Below are positions 38,929 to 48,407 of a stretch of DNA of 64,000 nucleotides, one piece after another. The stretch covers positions 4,064,001-4,128,000 of the forward strand of contig OZ220089.1 of assembly GCA_964291625.2 (NCBI GenBank), written 5' to 3'. Each line of letters begins with the position of its first letter. The stretch's first letter is position 1. The notes beneath the pieces are model-generated. The model had not been told where the DNA came from and searched no databases. It saw nothing but the letters and a program-made list of their open reading frames with translations. The position numbers and the translations under genes were made by a program. The DNA is from Candidatus Latescibacterota bacterium (GTDB taxonomy: Bacteria; Latescibacterota; UBA2968; UBA8231).

Positions 38929-41043
38929 ATGTCCCGCCTCCGGCAGTTGCCGCGCGTCGCCCTGGCGCAGATGGAGGTGCTGCCGGGGCGGCCGGAGGCC
39001 AACGCCCGCCGCGTTCAGAGGCTGATCACGCAGGCCCGGGAGGGCGGCGCCGAGATCGTCGCCTTCCCGGAGATGTGTCTCTCCGGGTACATCGTCGGCG
39101 ACCTGTGGGAGGTGGACGCCCTGGTCGAGGACTGGGCCGCCTTCAGCGAGGAGGTGCGCGCTGAAGGCGACGGCGTGACCATCCTCTTCGGCAACGTCGT
39201 CTGCGATCCACAGGCCCTCGGCGAGGACGGGCGCCCGCGCAAGTACAACACGGCGCGCGTCTGTCACGACGGCCGATGGGTGGATCGCCCGGGCCTGCCG
39301 CCGGGGCTGCCCCCCGGCTGTCAGCCCAAGACCCTGCACCCCAACTACCGGTTCTTCGACGACGACCGGCACTTCTACTCGGTGCGCAAGCTGGCCGCCG
39401 AGCAGGGGCGCCCCCTCTCCGACTGGACCGTGCCCTTCGAGGTGCCGCGCCGCGGCGGCGGCCGCTTCCGATTCGGGGCGCAGCTGTGCGAGGACATCTG
39501 GTGCGCCGACTACCGCTGGGACGACGCCGTCCTCGACACCCTCTCCCGTTACGCCGCCGCCGGAGCCGAGGCGGTCATCAACCTGTCCTCGTCGCCGTGG
39601 ACGTGGCAGAAGAACGACAAGCGCAATCGCACGGTCCGGGAGATCCTGCGGGAGTCGCCCCTGCCTTTCCTCTACGTCAACCACGTGGGGGCCCAGAACA
39701 ACGGCAAGAACATCCTCGTCTTCGACGGCGACACCACCGCGTACGAGCCCGACGGCGCCATCGCCGCCCGGGCCCGGCCCTGGCGCGAGGAGCTGGTCTT
39801 CGCCGGCGGCGGGGAGCCGCCCCGGGTGGAGGCCGCGGCGGATGCGTCGCCCGCGGTCACCGTGCAGGCTTGCGCCGGCGCGCCTCGGATGGGGGAGGCG
39901 GTCCCCCCGGTCGCGGTGCAGCCTGCGGCATCCGCGCCGCCGCCCGCGCCTCGGGAGGTGGAGGCGGATTCCTCCACCACGGCCTCGGTCTCGCTGTCCC
40001 CTCCCGCGCCGCGGGAGGTGGAAGCCGTGTACGGCGCCGTGCTCACCGGACTGCGCCATCTCGACCACGTCCGCGGCGGCGCCAACCGCTGGCTCGTCGG
40101 TCTGTCCGGCGGCATCGACTCCAGCGTCGTCGCCTGTCTCCTGGAGCGCGCCTTCGGCGCCGGGCGGGTCTTCGCCGTCAACATGCCCACCCGCTTCAAC
40201 GCCGCCGTGACCCGCGACAACGCACGGGACCTGGCGGAACGACTCGGCCTCGACTACCTGAGCGTGCCCATCGAGGAGCTCTACGGCGCCGTCTCCAAGG
40301 TCGTGCGCGAGGCGGTCTTCCCGCGCTCGGAGGGCGACTACACGCAGCTCGTGGACGAGAACCTGCAGGCCCGCATCCGCGGCTCCGACGTGCTCTCCGG
40401 CCTCGCCGCCAGGCACGGACTGCTGTTCACCAACAACGGCAACAAGACCGAGATCGCCCTCGGCTACACCACCCTCTACGGCGACCTCGCCGGCGCCGCG
40501 GCCCCCATCGCCGACCTCTACAAGGTGCAGGTCTACGAGGTCGGGGAGTACCTCAACGCCGAGGTCTACGGCCGGGAGGTGATCCCCCGGAACCTCCTCG
40601 ACCGCTCCACCGTGCCCAGCGCCGAGCTGTCCGCCGACCAGGATGTCACAAGAGGGCAGGGAGACCCGATCAAGTACGGCTATCACGACGCCGTGCTGCG
40701 CCAGCTCATCGAGTACCGCCGCCATCCGGCGGACCTGATGGAGTGGCTGCTGGAGGGGCGGCTCTTTGCCGAGCTGGAGTGGTGCGGCCTCGACGGGGAT
40801 CGAACGTTCGTCGACTACTTCCCGACGGCCGGGGACTGGCTCGACGACCTGGAGTGGGTGGAGGGCCAGCTGCGGATCAGCTACTTCAAGCGGATCCAGT
40901 CGCCGCCGCTGATCGTGCTCAGCAAGCGCGCCTTCGGCTTCGATCTGCGCGAGACCCAGGTGCCGCCGTACCGCCCGCGCCGCGGGCGGGAGCTGGCGGA
41001 GCGGGTCCGCGGCCTGGAGCGGTGGCCGCCGGAGCAGGGGTGA
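38929..41043 (+). CDS. nadE: Glutamine-dependent NAD+ synthetase
   Basis: Nitrilase triad FPEM / PKTLHPNY / LCEDIW; GLSGGIDS, ENLQARIRG, NKTE, PSAEL. Confidence 0.96.
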   Translation: MSRLRQLPRVALAQMEVLPGRPEANARRVQRLITQAREGGAEIVAFPEMCLSGYIVGDLWEVDALVEDWAAFSEEVRAEGDGVTILFGNVVCDPQALGEDGRPRKYNTARVCHDGRWVDRPGLPPGLPPGCQPKTLHPNYRFFDDDRHFYSVRKLAAEQGRPLSDWTVPFEVPRRGGGRFRFGAQLCEDIWCADYRWDDAVLDTLSRYAAAGAEAVINLSSSPWTWQKNDKRNRTVREILRESPLPFLYVNHVGAQNNGKNILVFDGDTTAYEPDGAIAARARPWREELVFAGGGEPPRVEAAADASPAVTVQACAGAPRMGEAVPPVAVQPAASAPPPAPREVEADSSTTASVSLSPPAPREVEAVYGAVLTGLRHLDHVRGGANRWLVGLSGGIDSSVVACLLERAFGAGRVFAVNMPTRFNAAVTRDNARDLAERLGLDYLSVPIEELYGAVSKVVREAVFPRSEGDYTQLVDENLQARIRGSDVLSGLAARHGLLFTNNGNKTEIALGYTTLYGDLAGAAAPIADLYKVQVYEVGEYLNAEVYGREVIPRNLLDRSTVPSAELSADQDVTRGQGDPIKYGYHDAVLRQLIEYRRHPADLMEWLLEGRLFAELEWCGLDGDRTFVDYFPTAGDWLDDLEWVEGQLRISYFKRIQSPPLIVLSKRAFGFDLRETQVPPYRPRRGRELAERVRGLERWPPEQG

Positions 41044-41350
41044 GGCCGGTCAGCCGCGGGTGATGGTAGCCTGCCTGGCGCTCGGGTGGGCCCTGAGATG
41101 ATCGCGTCCCCGCCGGCGGTGCAAGCGGGGGAAGCCTCCAGCGGCATCTTCTCCGGGCCCCGGGCTCCGGCGCTGACCGTGTCGCCTGGCGGCCACCGTC
41201 CATCCTCGATAAAGCGGCGCACGATGTCCATGGTTTCCTCATGGGACGCGGCGCCCGTGGGGGGCCTCCGGGGACCGACGGGCGTCTGTCATGCCGCGCG
41301 GATGGTTCATATATTGGTCTTTATTCGCTCTGAAACACTTTTTTTGGGTC

Positions 41351-41701
41351 ATGAAATCCTCCCGCTCCAGACAGGCGCTGCCCCTCGGGGTGCGCCGGGC
41401 CCTGCAGAAACTGGGCATGGACGTCTCGTCCGCCCGCCGGCGGCGAAGGATCTCCGTGGCCCTCATGGCGGAGCGCGCCTTCATCAGCCGCACCACCCTC
41501 GCCCGGGTCGAGAAAGGGGACCCCGGCGTATCGATGGGGATCTATGCCTCGGTCCTCTTCGTCCTGGGAATGGCGGACCGGCTGGGGGACTTGGCGGACG
41601 CGGCCCGGGACCCGGTGGGGCTGAGCCTCGAGGAGGAACGCCTGCCACGGCGCATCCGTACCGCCCGGGAGGCACCATCCGTCAGCGGTCATGGAACGTG
41701 A
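41351..41701 (+). CDS. XRE-family HTH antitoxin (HipB-like)
   Basis: ARRRRRISVALMAERAFISRTTLARVEKGDPGVSMGIY; overlaps hipA. Confidence 0.88.
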   Translation: MKSSRSRQALPLGVRRALQKLGMDVSSARRRRRISVALMAERAFISRTTLARVEKGDPGVSMGIYASVLFVLGMADRLGDLADAARDPVGLSLEEERLPRRIRTAREAPSVSGHGT

Positions 41702-42929
41702 GATCCAGGTATTCATCGCGGATGGGGGCGGTGAGACCGTCTCTGTAGGCACCCTGTGGGCTCGTACGCGAGGGGCCAGGCAGACGGCCTCCTTCGAGTA
41801 CGACCGCTCGTGGCTGGCGCGCCGGGACGCCTTCGCCCTCGACCCGGTGCTCCCCGCGGGGCTCGGGCCGTTCCACACCGACCGGCCCCTGTTCAATGCC
41901 TTCACCGATCCCGCCCCGGACCGCTGGGGACAGACCCTCATTCGCCGCAACGAGTTGCGGACGGCGTCGGCGGAAGGGCGCCAACCGAGGACGCTGCTGG
42001 AGGTAGACTTCCTCGTCCTCGTCGACGACGAGACGCGGCTCGGCGCCCTGCGTTTCAAGGACGCGGAGGGCGGACCGTTCCTCACCTCGACCGGCCGGCA
42101 GGTGCCCCCGGTCGTCGATCTGCCGCGGCTGCTGTCCGCCTCCACCCGGGTCATCGATTCCCGGGAGAGCGACGACGACCTGCGCCTGCTGCTGGCCCCC
42201 GGGACCTCCCTCGGCGGCGCCCGTCCCAAGGCCACGGTCCGCGACCGGGACGGAAACCTGTTGATCGCCAAGTTCCCGCGACCGGATGACGACTGGCCGG
42301 TGACGCGATGGGAGGCGGCCACCCTGGCCTTGGCCGAGGCGGCCGGCGTCCGGGTGGCGCCGTTCCGGCTCCGGCAGGTTTCGGGCCGTCCCGTTTTGAC
42401 GGCCCGCCGTTTTGACCGCAGGGAGGGCCGGCGCATCCCCTTCATCTCCGCCCTCACCGCCATCGAAGGCTCGGATGGCGAGATGCGAAGCTACCTGGAG
42501 ATCGCCGAGTTCCTGCGGCGCGAGGGAATCGGGGTCAGGGAGGAGTTGCGCCAGCTATGGCGGCGGATCGTGTTCAACATGCTGGTCTCCAACACCGACG
42601 ACCACCTGCGCAACCACGGGTTCCTGCGGGAGCCGGACGGCTGGCGGCTGTCACCGGCGTATGACCTCAACCCCGTGCCGGTCGACGTGAAGCCGCGCGT
42701 CCATGCCCTGGCGATCGACGAGGCCGACGGCACGGCATCTCTCGACCTGGCCATGGACGTGGCTCCGATCTTCGGCATGACCGGGCCGGAAGCGCGCACG
42801 ACCGCCGCGGAGGTGGGCCGGGCGGTCCGAGGCTGGCGAGAGACCGCGGCTCGGCTCGGCATCGCGCCGAACGAGGTAGACCGGATGTCCAGCGCCTTCG
42901 ACCACGACGACCTGAAGGCGATGGCCTGA
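41691..42929 (+). CDS. hipA: HipA family toxin kinase
   Basis: DPAPDRWG, GTSLGGARPKA, IAKFP, RRFDR, NTDDHLRNHG, LSPAYDLNP. Confidence 0.95.
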   Translation: MEREIQVFIADGGGETVSVGTLWARTRGARQTASFEYDRSWLARRDAFALDPVLPAGLGPFHTDRPLFNAFTDPAPDRWGQTLIRRNELRTASAEGRQPRTLLEVDFLVLVDDETRLGALRFKDAEGGPFLTSTGRQVPPVVDLPRLLSASTRVIDSRESDDDLRLLLAPGTSLGGARPKATVRDRDGNLLIAKFPRPDDDWPVTRWEAATLALAEAAGVRVAPFRLRQVSGRPVLTARRFDRREGRRIPFISALTAIEGSDGEMRSYLEIAEFLRREGIGVREELRQLWRRIVFNMLVSNTDDHLRNHGFLREPDGWRLSPAYDLNPVPVDVKPRVHALAIDEADGTASLDLAMDVAPIFGMTGPEARTTAAEVGRAVRGWRETAARLGIAPNEVDRMSSAFDHDDLKAMA

Positions 42930-42943
42930 AAGGGTGGCCGGCC

Positions 42944-42978
42944 TGACACGATTCTCGCGGAGCACTATCCTCGTGTCA
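42944..42978 (+). promoter_or_regulatory. Palindromic operator overlapping the probable vapBC promoter
   Basis: TGACACGA-N19-TCGTGTCA perfect inverted repeat, 18 bp upstream of the antitoxin ATG. Confidence 0.7.
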
Positions 42979-42996
42979 TCCGAGAGGGAATCCGCG

Positions 42997-43239
42997 ATGG
43001 AGAGCATCACAATCGCCCTGCCGGAGGACCTGGCCCGCTGGTTGCGCGTCAAGGCGGCCGAGGACGACCGCAGCGTCTCCCGGTGGATCGCCGAGCTGCT
43101 CGAGGGGAGGCGCCGCCAGGAAGACGAGTACGAGGCGGCGATGGAGAGATGCCTGGCGATCAAGCCCCGCAAGATCGAATGGCCCGGGGGCCGCAGGCCG
43201 AGGCGCGAGGAGCTGTATGACCGGCCCGGTCTTCGTTGA
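42997..43239 (+). CDS. Ribbon-helix-helix (CopG/VapB-like) antitoxin
   Basis: MESITIALPEDLARWLRVKAAEDDRSVSRWIAELL...REELYDR. Confidence 0.85.
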   Translation: MESITIALPEDLARWLRVKAAEDDRSVSRWIAELLEGRRRQEDEYEAAMERCLAIKPRKIEWPGGRRPRREELYDRPGLR

Positions 43240-43650
43240 CACCTCCGACCCGGCGAAGCAGCAGCGCGCGGAGGGTTGGATCAGCTGCTTGCGCAAGGCC
43301 GCGAGGGGCGCCTGAGCTTCCAGGTTCTACAGGAGCTCTACGCAAACCCTCACGCGGGAACCGAGCCTGGGACTCGATCCAGCCGAGGCTCGCCAGATCG
43401 TCGAAGCGCTCGCCGTGTGGCAGCCGATCCAGATCGACTTGGCCGTCCTGCGGCGGGCCTGGGTCATCGAGGAGCGCTTCCGCTTCTCCTGGTGGGACGG
43501 GCTCATCGTGGCCGCCGCACAGGCGAGCGAGTCTCCCGTTCTGCTGACCGAGGATCTGCAGGACGGGCAGGGGTTCGACGGTGCGCGGGTGGTCGATTCG
43601 CGTCGCCGGAGCAGAGCCCGCGGGAGGTCCTGGAGAGAATGTCGTCATGA
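43217..43650 (+). pseudogene. VapC/PIN toxin pseudogene
   Basis: MTGPVFVDT (deletion) SDPAKQ; LSFQVLQE; FSWWDGLIVAAA...LLTEDLQDGQ split over different frames. Confidence 0.85.
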
Positions 43651-43708
43651 CGGCGAGGGACGTGACGCGCGGGGCCACACCCGCGCACTGAACCAGTGAG
43701 GAGATGAG

Positions 43709-44683
43709 ATGAAGGTCTGTCTGGTGGGAGAGGGTGCCCAGGGGGTGACCCACATGGAAGCCCTGGAAAAGATGGAGGACGTGGAGGTGGTCAGCCTGGC
43801 CGGCGGCATCGAGGCCGACGCCGAGGCGTTTGCCGGGAAGCACGGGATCCCCCACGTCTCCACCGACTACGAGGAGTGCATCGACCGGCCCGGGGTGGAG
43901 GCCGTGGTCATCACCAGCCCCAACCAGGTCCACTGCGAGCAGACCGTGACCGCCCTCGACCGCGGCAGGCATGTCCTCCTCGAGCTGCCTATGGGGCTGT
44001 CACTGGCGGAGTCGCAGCGCGTGGTGGAGGCCGAGAAGCGGTCGGGGAAGGTGGCCATGATGTGCCACACCCAGCGCTTCAGCCCCGCCTTCCGCCGCCT
44101 CCACGAGATGATCGAGGCCGGCGACCTGCACCTGCACCACATCGTGCAGCACACCTACTTCTTCCGCAGGGTCAACGAGAACCGCTTCGGCCAGCGGCGC
44201 ATCTGGACCGACGACCTGCTGTGGCACCAGGCCTGCCACATGATCGACATGGTCTACTGGCTCCTCGGCGACCCCCACATGGAAGCCTGGGGGCGCAGCG
44301 GCCCGGTCCACGAGAGGCTGGGAGTGCCGATGGACATCTGCATCTCCCTGCGCGCCGCCAACGGCTGCCTGGTGAGCGCCGCCCAGTCCTTCAACAACCA
44401 CGGTCCGATCCAGGGGGACTGGCGGCTCATCGGCGAGGAGGAGACCTACTTGACCAACGGCCAGGGGCTGTGGGATCACCAGGGCAACGACGTGCCCCTG
44501 ACGGACGGACCCTCCGGCGTGGACGCCCAGGACGGCGAGTTCTTCGCCGCCATCCGCGAGGGCCGCAAGGCCCTGACCAGCTGCTCCGAGGTGCTGCCGG
44601 TGATGGAGATCATCGACCGCGTGCAGAGGGCGATGGACGGCCGCGAGGGGGCGCCGAGCACCGGCATGGTGGAGCGGCGCTGA
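43709..44683 (+). CDS. Gfo/Idh/MocA oxidoreductase (LigC-like)
   Basis: MKVCLVGEGAQG, TSPNQVH, CHTQRF, FFRRVN, WTDDLLWHQACH. Confidence 0.88.
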   Translation: MKVCLVGEGAQGVTHMEALEKMEDVEVVSLAGGIEADAEAFAGKHGIPHVSTDYEECIDRPGVEAVVITSPNQVHCEQTVTALDRGRHVLLELPMGLSLAESQRVVEAEKRSGKVAMMCHTQRFSPAFRRLHEMIEAGDLHLHHIVQHTYFFRRVNENRFGQRRIWTDDLLWHQACHMIDMVYWLLGDPHMEAWGRSGPVHERLGVPMDICISLRAANGCLVSAAQSFNNHGPIQGDWRLIGEEETYLTNGQGLWDHQGNDVPLTDGPSGVDAQDGEFFAAIREGRKALTSCSEVLPVMEIIDRVQRAMDGREGAPSTGMVERR

Positions 44684-44702
44684 AGGGGCCGCCGGCCCCG
44701 CC

Positions 44703-45398
44703 TCACACGCGCTTGTCCTCGGGCACCTCCGAGCGGTCCTGGGGGTCGTAGCCGATCGCCCGCCGGCCGTGGTCGAGGTCGTAGAGGGGCCAGTCGCTGT
44801 CGGAGACGCCGAAGACGATCTCGAAGCCCACGTCGGGATGGGTGATCGCCTGCTCGAAAAGGCGCACGCAGTCGGCGTGGCCGAGCTGGTGGGGATGCTC
44901 CGGGTGGGGACGGTCGCGGTTGAAGTTGCCGATGCGCACGGCGACGAACTCCAGGTCGTGGCGGGCCGTGTACATGTAGCCGAGGCCTTCGGCGAAGACC
45001 TTGGTCACCGAGTAGTAGCTCTCGGGCCGCGTGGGCATGTGCACGGTGCGCTGGATCGAGCGCGGGTAGTACGACTGGGGCAGCACGCCGGCGCGGCTGG
45101 CGTAGACGACGCGCTTCGCGCCGTGCTGACGGGCCCCCTCGAGGACGTTGTAGGTGCCGATCATGTTCTGCAGGGAGTGCTCCCACTCACCGCCCGGCAC
45201 GTTGACCAGGTGGATGATCGCATCCATGCCTTCCGCGGCGTCCCTCACCTTCTGCTCGTCGACGATGTCCCCGACGACGTAGTCCTCGATGCCGGGGGTG
45301 GGCTCGCGGTCGAAGCCGCGCACCTGGTGACGATCCTTCAGGCCCTCGACCAGGGTCGATCCGATGGCGCCGGCGGAGCCGGTGATCAGTACTCGCAT
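44703..45398 (-). CDS. NAD-dependent epimerase/dehydratase (uronate dehydrogenase-like)
   Basis: ITGSAGAIG, YSVTK (YxxxK), VRIG. Confidence 0.88.
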   Translation of the reverse strand: MRVLITGSAGAIGSTLVEGLKDRHQVRGFDREPTPGIEDYVVGDIVDEQKVRDAAEGMDAIIHLVNVPGGEWEHSLQNMIGTYNVLEGARQHGAKRVVYASRAGVLPQSYYPRSIQRTVHMPTRPESYYSVTKVFAEGLGYMYTARHDLEFVAVRIGNFNRDRPHPEHPHQLGHADCVRLFEQAITHPDVGFEIVFGVSDSDWPLYDLDHGRRAIGYDPQDRSEVPEDKRV

Positions 45399-45446
45399 CT
45401 GCGTCTCTCTCTCCCTTTGTGTGTTGTCGGTTGGTAGTGGCGGTTG

Positions 45447-46307
45447 TCAGTCGACGAGCAGCTCGCGCAGGTGGTCCTCGTCGGCCACCGGCTGCCACTC
45501 CCCGGACTGGTTCATCATGGCCGCCACGCTCTCCGGGTGCTCGCGCAGAGTGTACAGACGCCGCGGCTCCTCGGCCCACGGCCGCTGCACGAAGGTCCCC
45601 CGGAAGGGCGGCTGGAGGTCGATGATTCCGAAGCTGTCGTCGCTCTCGGCGCGGTGAATGGCGGTGACCGCGCCGGCGCGGATCAGGGCCCGGGCGCGCT
45701 CGGGATGGAAGTGGATGGCGCTGACGTTGCGCGCCCGGTACTGGTCCTCGGAGCACTCGTCGCCGCGGCCCGGCCTCGTTCCGCGCTTGACCCACACCGT
45801 CTCGATGCCTGGCACCAGGGCCTCGGCCTCCTCGGCCAGGGCCTTCTCGCCGGCGGCGTAGATGGTGCGCACGCCGAGCTCGCTGGCGCACATGGCCACC
45901 TGCCCGAACTCGCCGATGGCGGTGCCGTTGACCGAGTACTCCAGGGTGCGGTAGGACTGGGTGTGGGTCATGTTGGAGCGGGGGGTGCGCGACCTGGCGT
46001 GCTGGCCGACGAAGGCGAGATAGTCGTAGCCGCCCTCCTCCAGGCCGAGGGGGTACAGCTCGGGCCAGCCGCGCATGTACTCGGCGCGGGGGTCGAGGTC
46101 CTGCACGTCGACCGCGCTGGGCCCGTGGCCGTCGGCGACCAGCACCTCGTCGGCGCCGGCGGCGAAGAACCCGTCCAGGGCGGCGTTGACCTCCTGGGTC
46201 AGGAGCTGGCGGGCCAAGTCGTACCAGTACTGCCCCGGGCGGGTCCAGTCGAGGGAGTTCTGCACGCCCGCCACGCCTTCGAGATCGGTCATCAGGTAGA
46301 TTCGCAT
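45447..46307 (-). CDS. M55 family D-aminopeptidase (DppA-like)
   Basis: TDLEGVAG, EVNAA, ADGHG, VGQH, HTQS, IGE. Confidence 0.9.
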   Translation of the reverse strand: MRIYLMTDLEGVAGVQNSLDWTRPGQYWYDLARQLLTQEVNAALDGFFAAGADEVLVADGHGPSAVDVQDLDPRAEYMRGWPELYPLGLEEGGYDYLAFVGQHARSRTPRSNMTHTQSYRTLEYSVNGTAIGEFGQVAMCASELGVRTIYAAGEKALAEEAEALVPGIETVWVKRGTRPGRGDECSEDQYRARNVSAIHFHPERARALIRAGAVTAIHRAESDDSFGIIDLQPPFRGTFVQRPWAEEPRRLYTLREHPESVAAMMNQSGEWQPVADEDHLRELLVD

Positions 46308-46388
46308 GCCCTCCGCCTTGCTCCGGTTCGATGCCCCAAGTTAACCTCTGCGCCCTCGCCGAGTCACCCCGCCAAGGAGCTCCGAAAG

Positions 46389-47402
46389 ATGCCCGGTTCC
46401 TCCGTTCCAGCCGATGCCCAGGCCTTCTTCGCCGCCGTGACTGCCCGCGATCACCAGGCGGTCCGCGGCTGCCTGGAGGCCGATCCGGCCCTGGCCTCCG
46501 CCACCGACGAGAGCAGCTTCGACGCCCCCGCCGTCATCCTCGCCGCCGGCCGCGGGGACCGCGACATGATCGACCTGCTGCTCTCCTTCGGCGCCGACAT
46601 CGATCAGAAGAGCGGCTGGTGGGCGGGGGGCTTCACGGCCCTGAACTCGGGGCACCCCCGCGATCTGCACCGCGACGGTCTCGCCGACTTCCTCATCGAC
46701 CGCGGAGCCACCGTCGACGCCCACTCGGCCGCCGGCCTGGGGCGTCTCGAGCGCCTGCGGGAGCTGGTCGCCGCCGATCCCGCCGTGGTCCACGAGCCGG
46801 GCGGTGACGGGCTGCGGCCCCTGCACTACGCCGCCTCGCCGGAGATCGCCGCCTTCCTCCTCGACCACGGCGCCGAGGTCGATGCCCGCGACGTAGACCA
46901 CCACGGCACGCCGGCCCAGTGGAACGTCCTGGCCCGGCCGGAGGTGGCGCGCTTCCTCGTCGGCCGCGGCGCCGCGGCCGACCTCTTCCTGCACGTCCCC
47001 CTCGGCGATGCCGCGGCGGTGAGTGCCGCCATCGACGCGGATCCGGCGTCCCTGGAGGCCCTCTCGGAGCACGGTTCCGCCCCCGGCGGGCACGTCCACG
47101 AGTACACCGTGGCAGGCCGCACGGGCGCCACGCCGCTCATGGTCGCCTCCCGCTGGGGAGGGCCGGAGATGGTGGATCTGCTGCTGACCCTGGGAGCCCG
47201 GGTCGAGGCCGCGCCCCGGGGGGTGACCGCCCTGCACTACGCGGCCTGGGGAGGGCGGGTGGACAACGCCCGTCGCCTGGTGGAGGCCGGAGCTCCCCTG
47301 TCGCCCAAGGACGAGGAGTACGGCGCCAGCCCGCTGGGATGGGCCGGGCACTTCGGGAACCGGGAGGTCGCCGAGTACCTGACCGGAGCCGGCGCCGAGT
47401 AG
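46389..47402 (+). CDS. Ankyrin repeat protein
   Basis: RPLHYA, TPLMVAS, TALHYAA, SPLGWA repeats with LLxxGAxVD caps. Confidence 0.92.
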   Translation: MPGSSVPADAQAFFAAVTARDHQAVRGCLEADPALASATDESSFDAPAVILAAGRGDRDMIDLLLSFGADIDQKSGWWAGGFTALNSGHPRDLHRDGLADFLIDRGATVDAHSAAGLGRLERLRELVAADPAVVHEPGGDGLRPLHYAASPEIAAFLLDHGAEVDARDVDHHGTPAQWNVLARPEVARFLVGRGAAADLFLHVPLGDAAAVSAAIDADPASLEALSEHGSAPGGHVHEYTVAGRTGATPLMVASRWGGPEMVDLLLTLGARVEAAPRGVTALHYAAWGGRVDNARRLVEAGAPLSPKDEEYGASPLGWAGHFGNREVAEYLTGAGAE

Positions 47403-47412
47403 ACGTCCCGCC

Positions 47413-48156
47413 TCATCCCCGGCCGATGTAGGGCATGGTCGTGGCCATGACGGTGATGAACTGCACGTTGGCGTCCAGCGGCAGGCCGGCCATGTAGACG
47501 ATCGCCCGGGCCACGTTGTCCACGTGCATGCGGGGCTCGACCATGTCCTGGCCGTGGGCCTGGGGCAGCCCGCTCTGCATGCGCTCGGTCATGTGGGTGG
47601 CGGCGTTGCCGATGTCGATCTGGCCGCAGGCGATGCCGTACTTGCGGCCGTCGAGGGAGGTGGAGCGGGTGAGGCCGGTGAGGGCGTGCTTGGTGGCCGT
47701 GTAGGGAGCGGAGTTCGGCCGCGGCACGTGGGCCGAGACCGAGCCGTTGTTGATGATGCGGCCGCCGCGGGGATCCTGGTCCTTCATGATGCGGAAGGCC
47801 TCCTGGGTGCACACGAAGACCCCCGTGAGGTTGACGTCGACCACCCCCGTCCACTGCTCGTAGCTCAGCTCCTCCAGCGGGACGGCGGGGGCCCCGATGC
47901 CGGCGTTGTTGAAGAGCAGGTCGAGGCGGCCGAAGGCCTCCCTGGCGCGGGCGAAGAGATCCCGGATCGAGGCGGGGTCGCTCACGTCCGTGGGCACGGC
48001 GAGGGCCTCGCCGGCGGCTTCGGCGGCGGTCTCCTCCAGCAGCTCGGCCCGGCGGCCCGCCAGGACCACCGCGAACCCTTCCTCCGCCAGGGCGAGGGCC
48101 GACGCCCTGCCGATGCCGGAGCCGCCCCCCGTGATCAGTGCCACCTTCCCGGCCAT
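47413..48156 (-). CDS. Short-chain dehydrogenase/reductase
   Basis: [25 protein letters not shown]. Confidence 0.95.
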   Translation of the reverse strand: MAGKVALITGGGSGIGRASALALAEEGFAVVLAGRRAELLEETAAEAAGEALAVPTDVSDPASIRDLFARAREAFGRLDLLFNNAGIGAPAVPLEELSYEQWTGVVDVNLTGVFVCTQEAFRIMKDQDPRGGRIINNGSVSAHVPRPNSAPYTATKHALTGLTRSTSLDGRKYGIACGQIDIGNAATHMTERMQSGLPQAHGQDMVEPRMHVDNVARAIVYMAGLPLDANVQFITVMATTMPYIGRG

Positions 48157-48407
48157 CGCTGATTCCTTTCTGAGTAGGGTGTGCAACAGGCCGGGGCCGA
48201 ACTAGTGCCGCCGGGGACACCCGTGTCAACGCGCCGCCGTTCCGCGTCGGCGGCTCAGCAGACGCGGTGCGGTCCCTCGCGGGCAGTCCAGGGTCGGCAG
48301 CGGTGATCGGACCGGTGCAGGAGGTGCGGGCATCCCGCGCTGGCGGCGCGGCGCAGCCGGGCACTGGGCGCCTGCGGCGCGGGAGAGCGCCTCCGCCCAT
48401 GGGCGTG

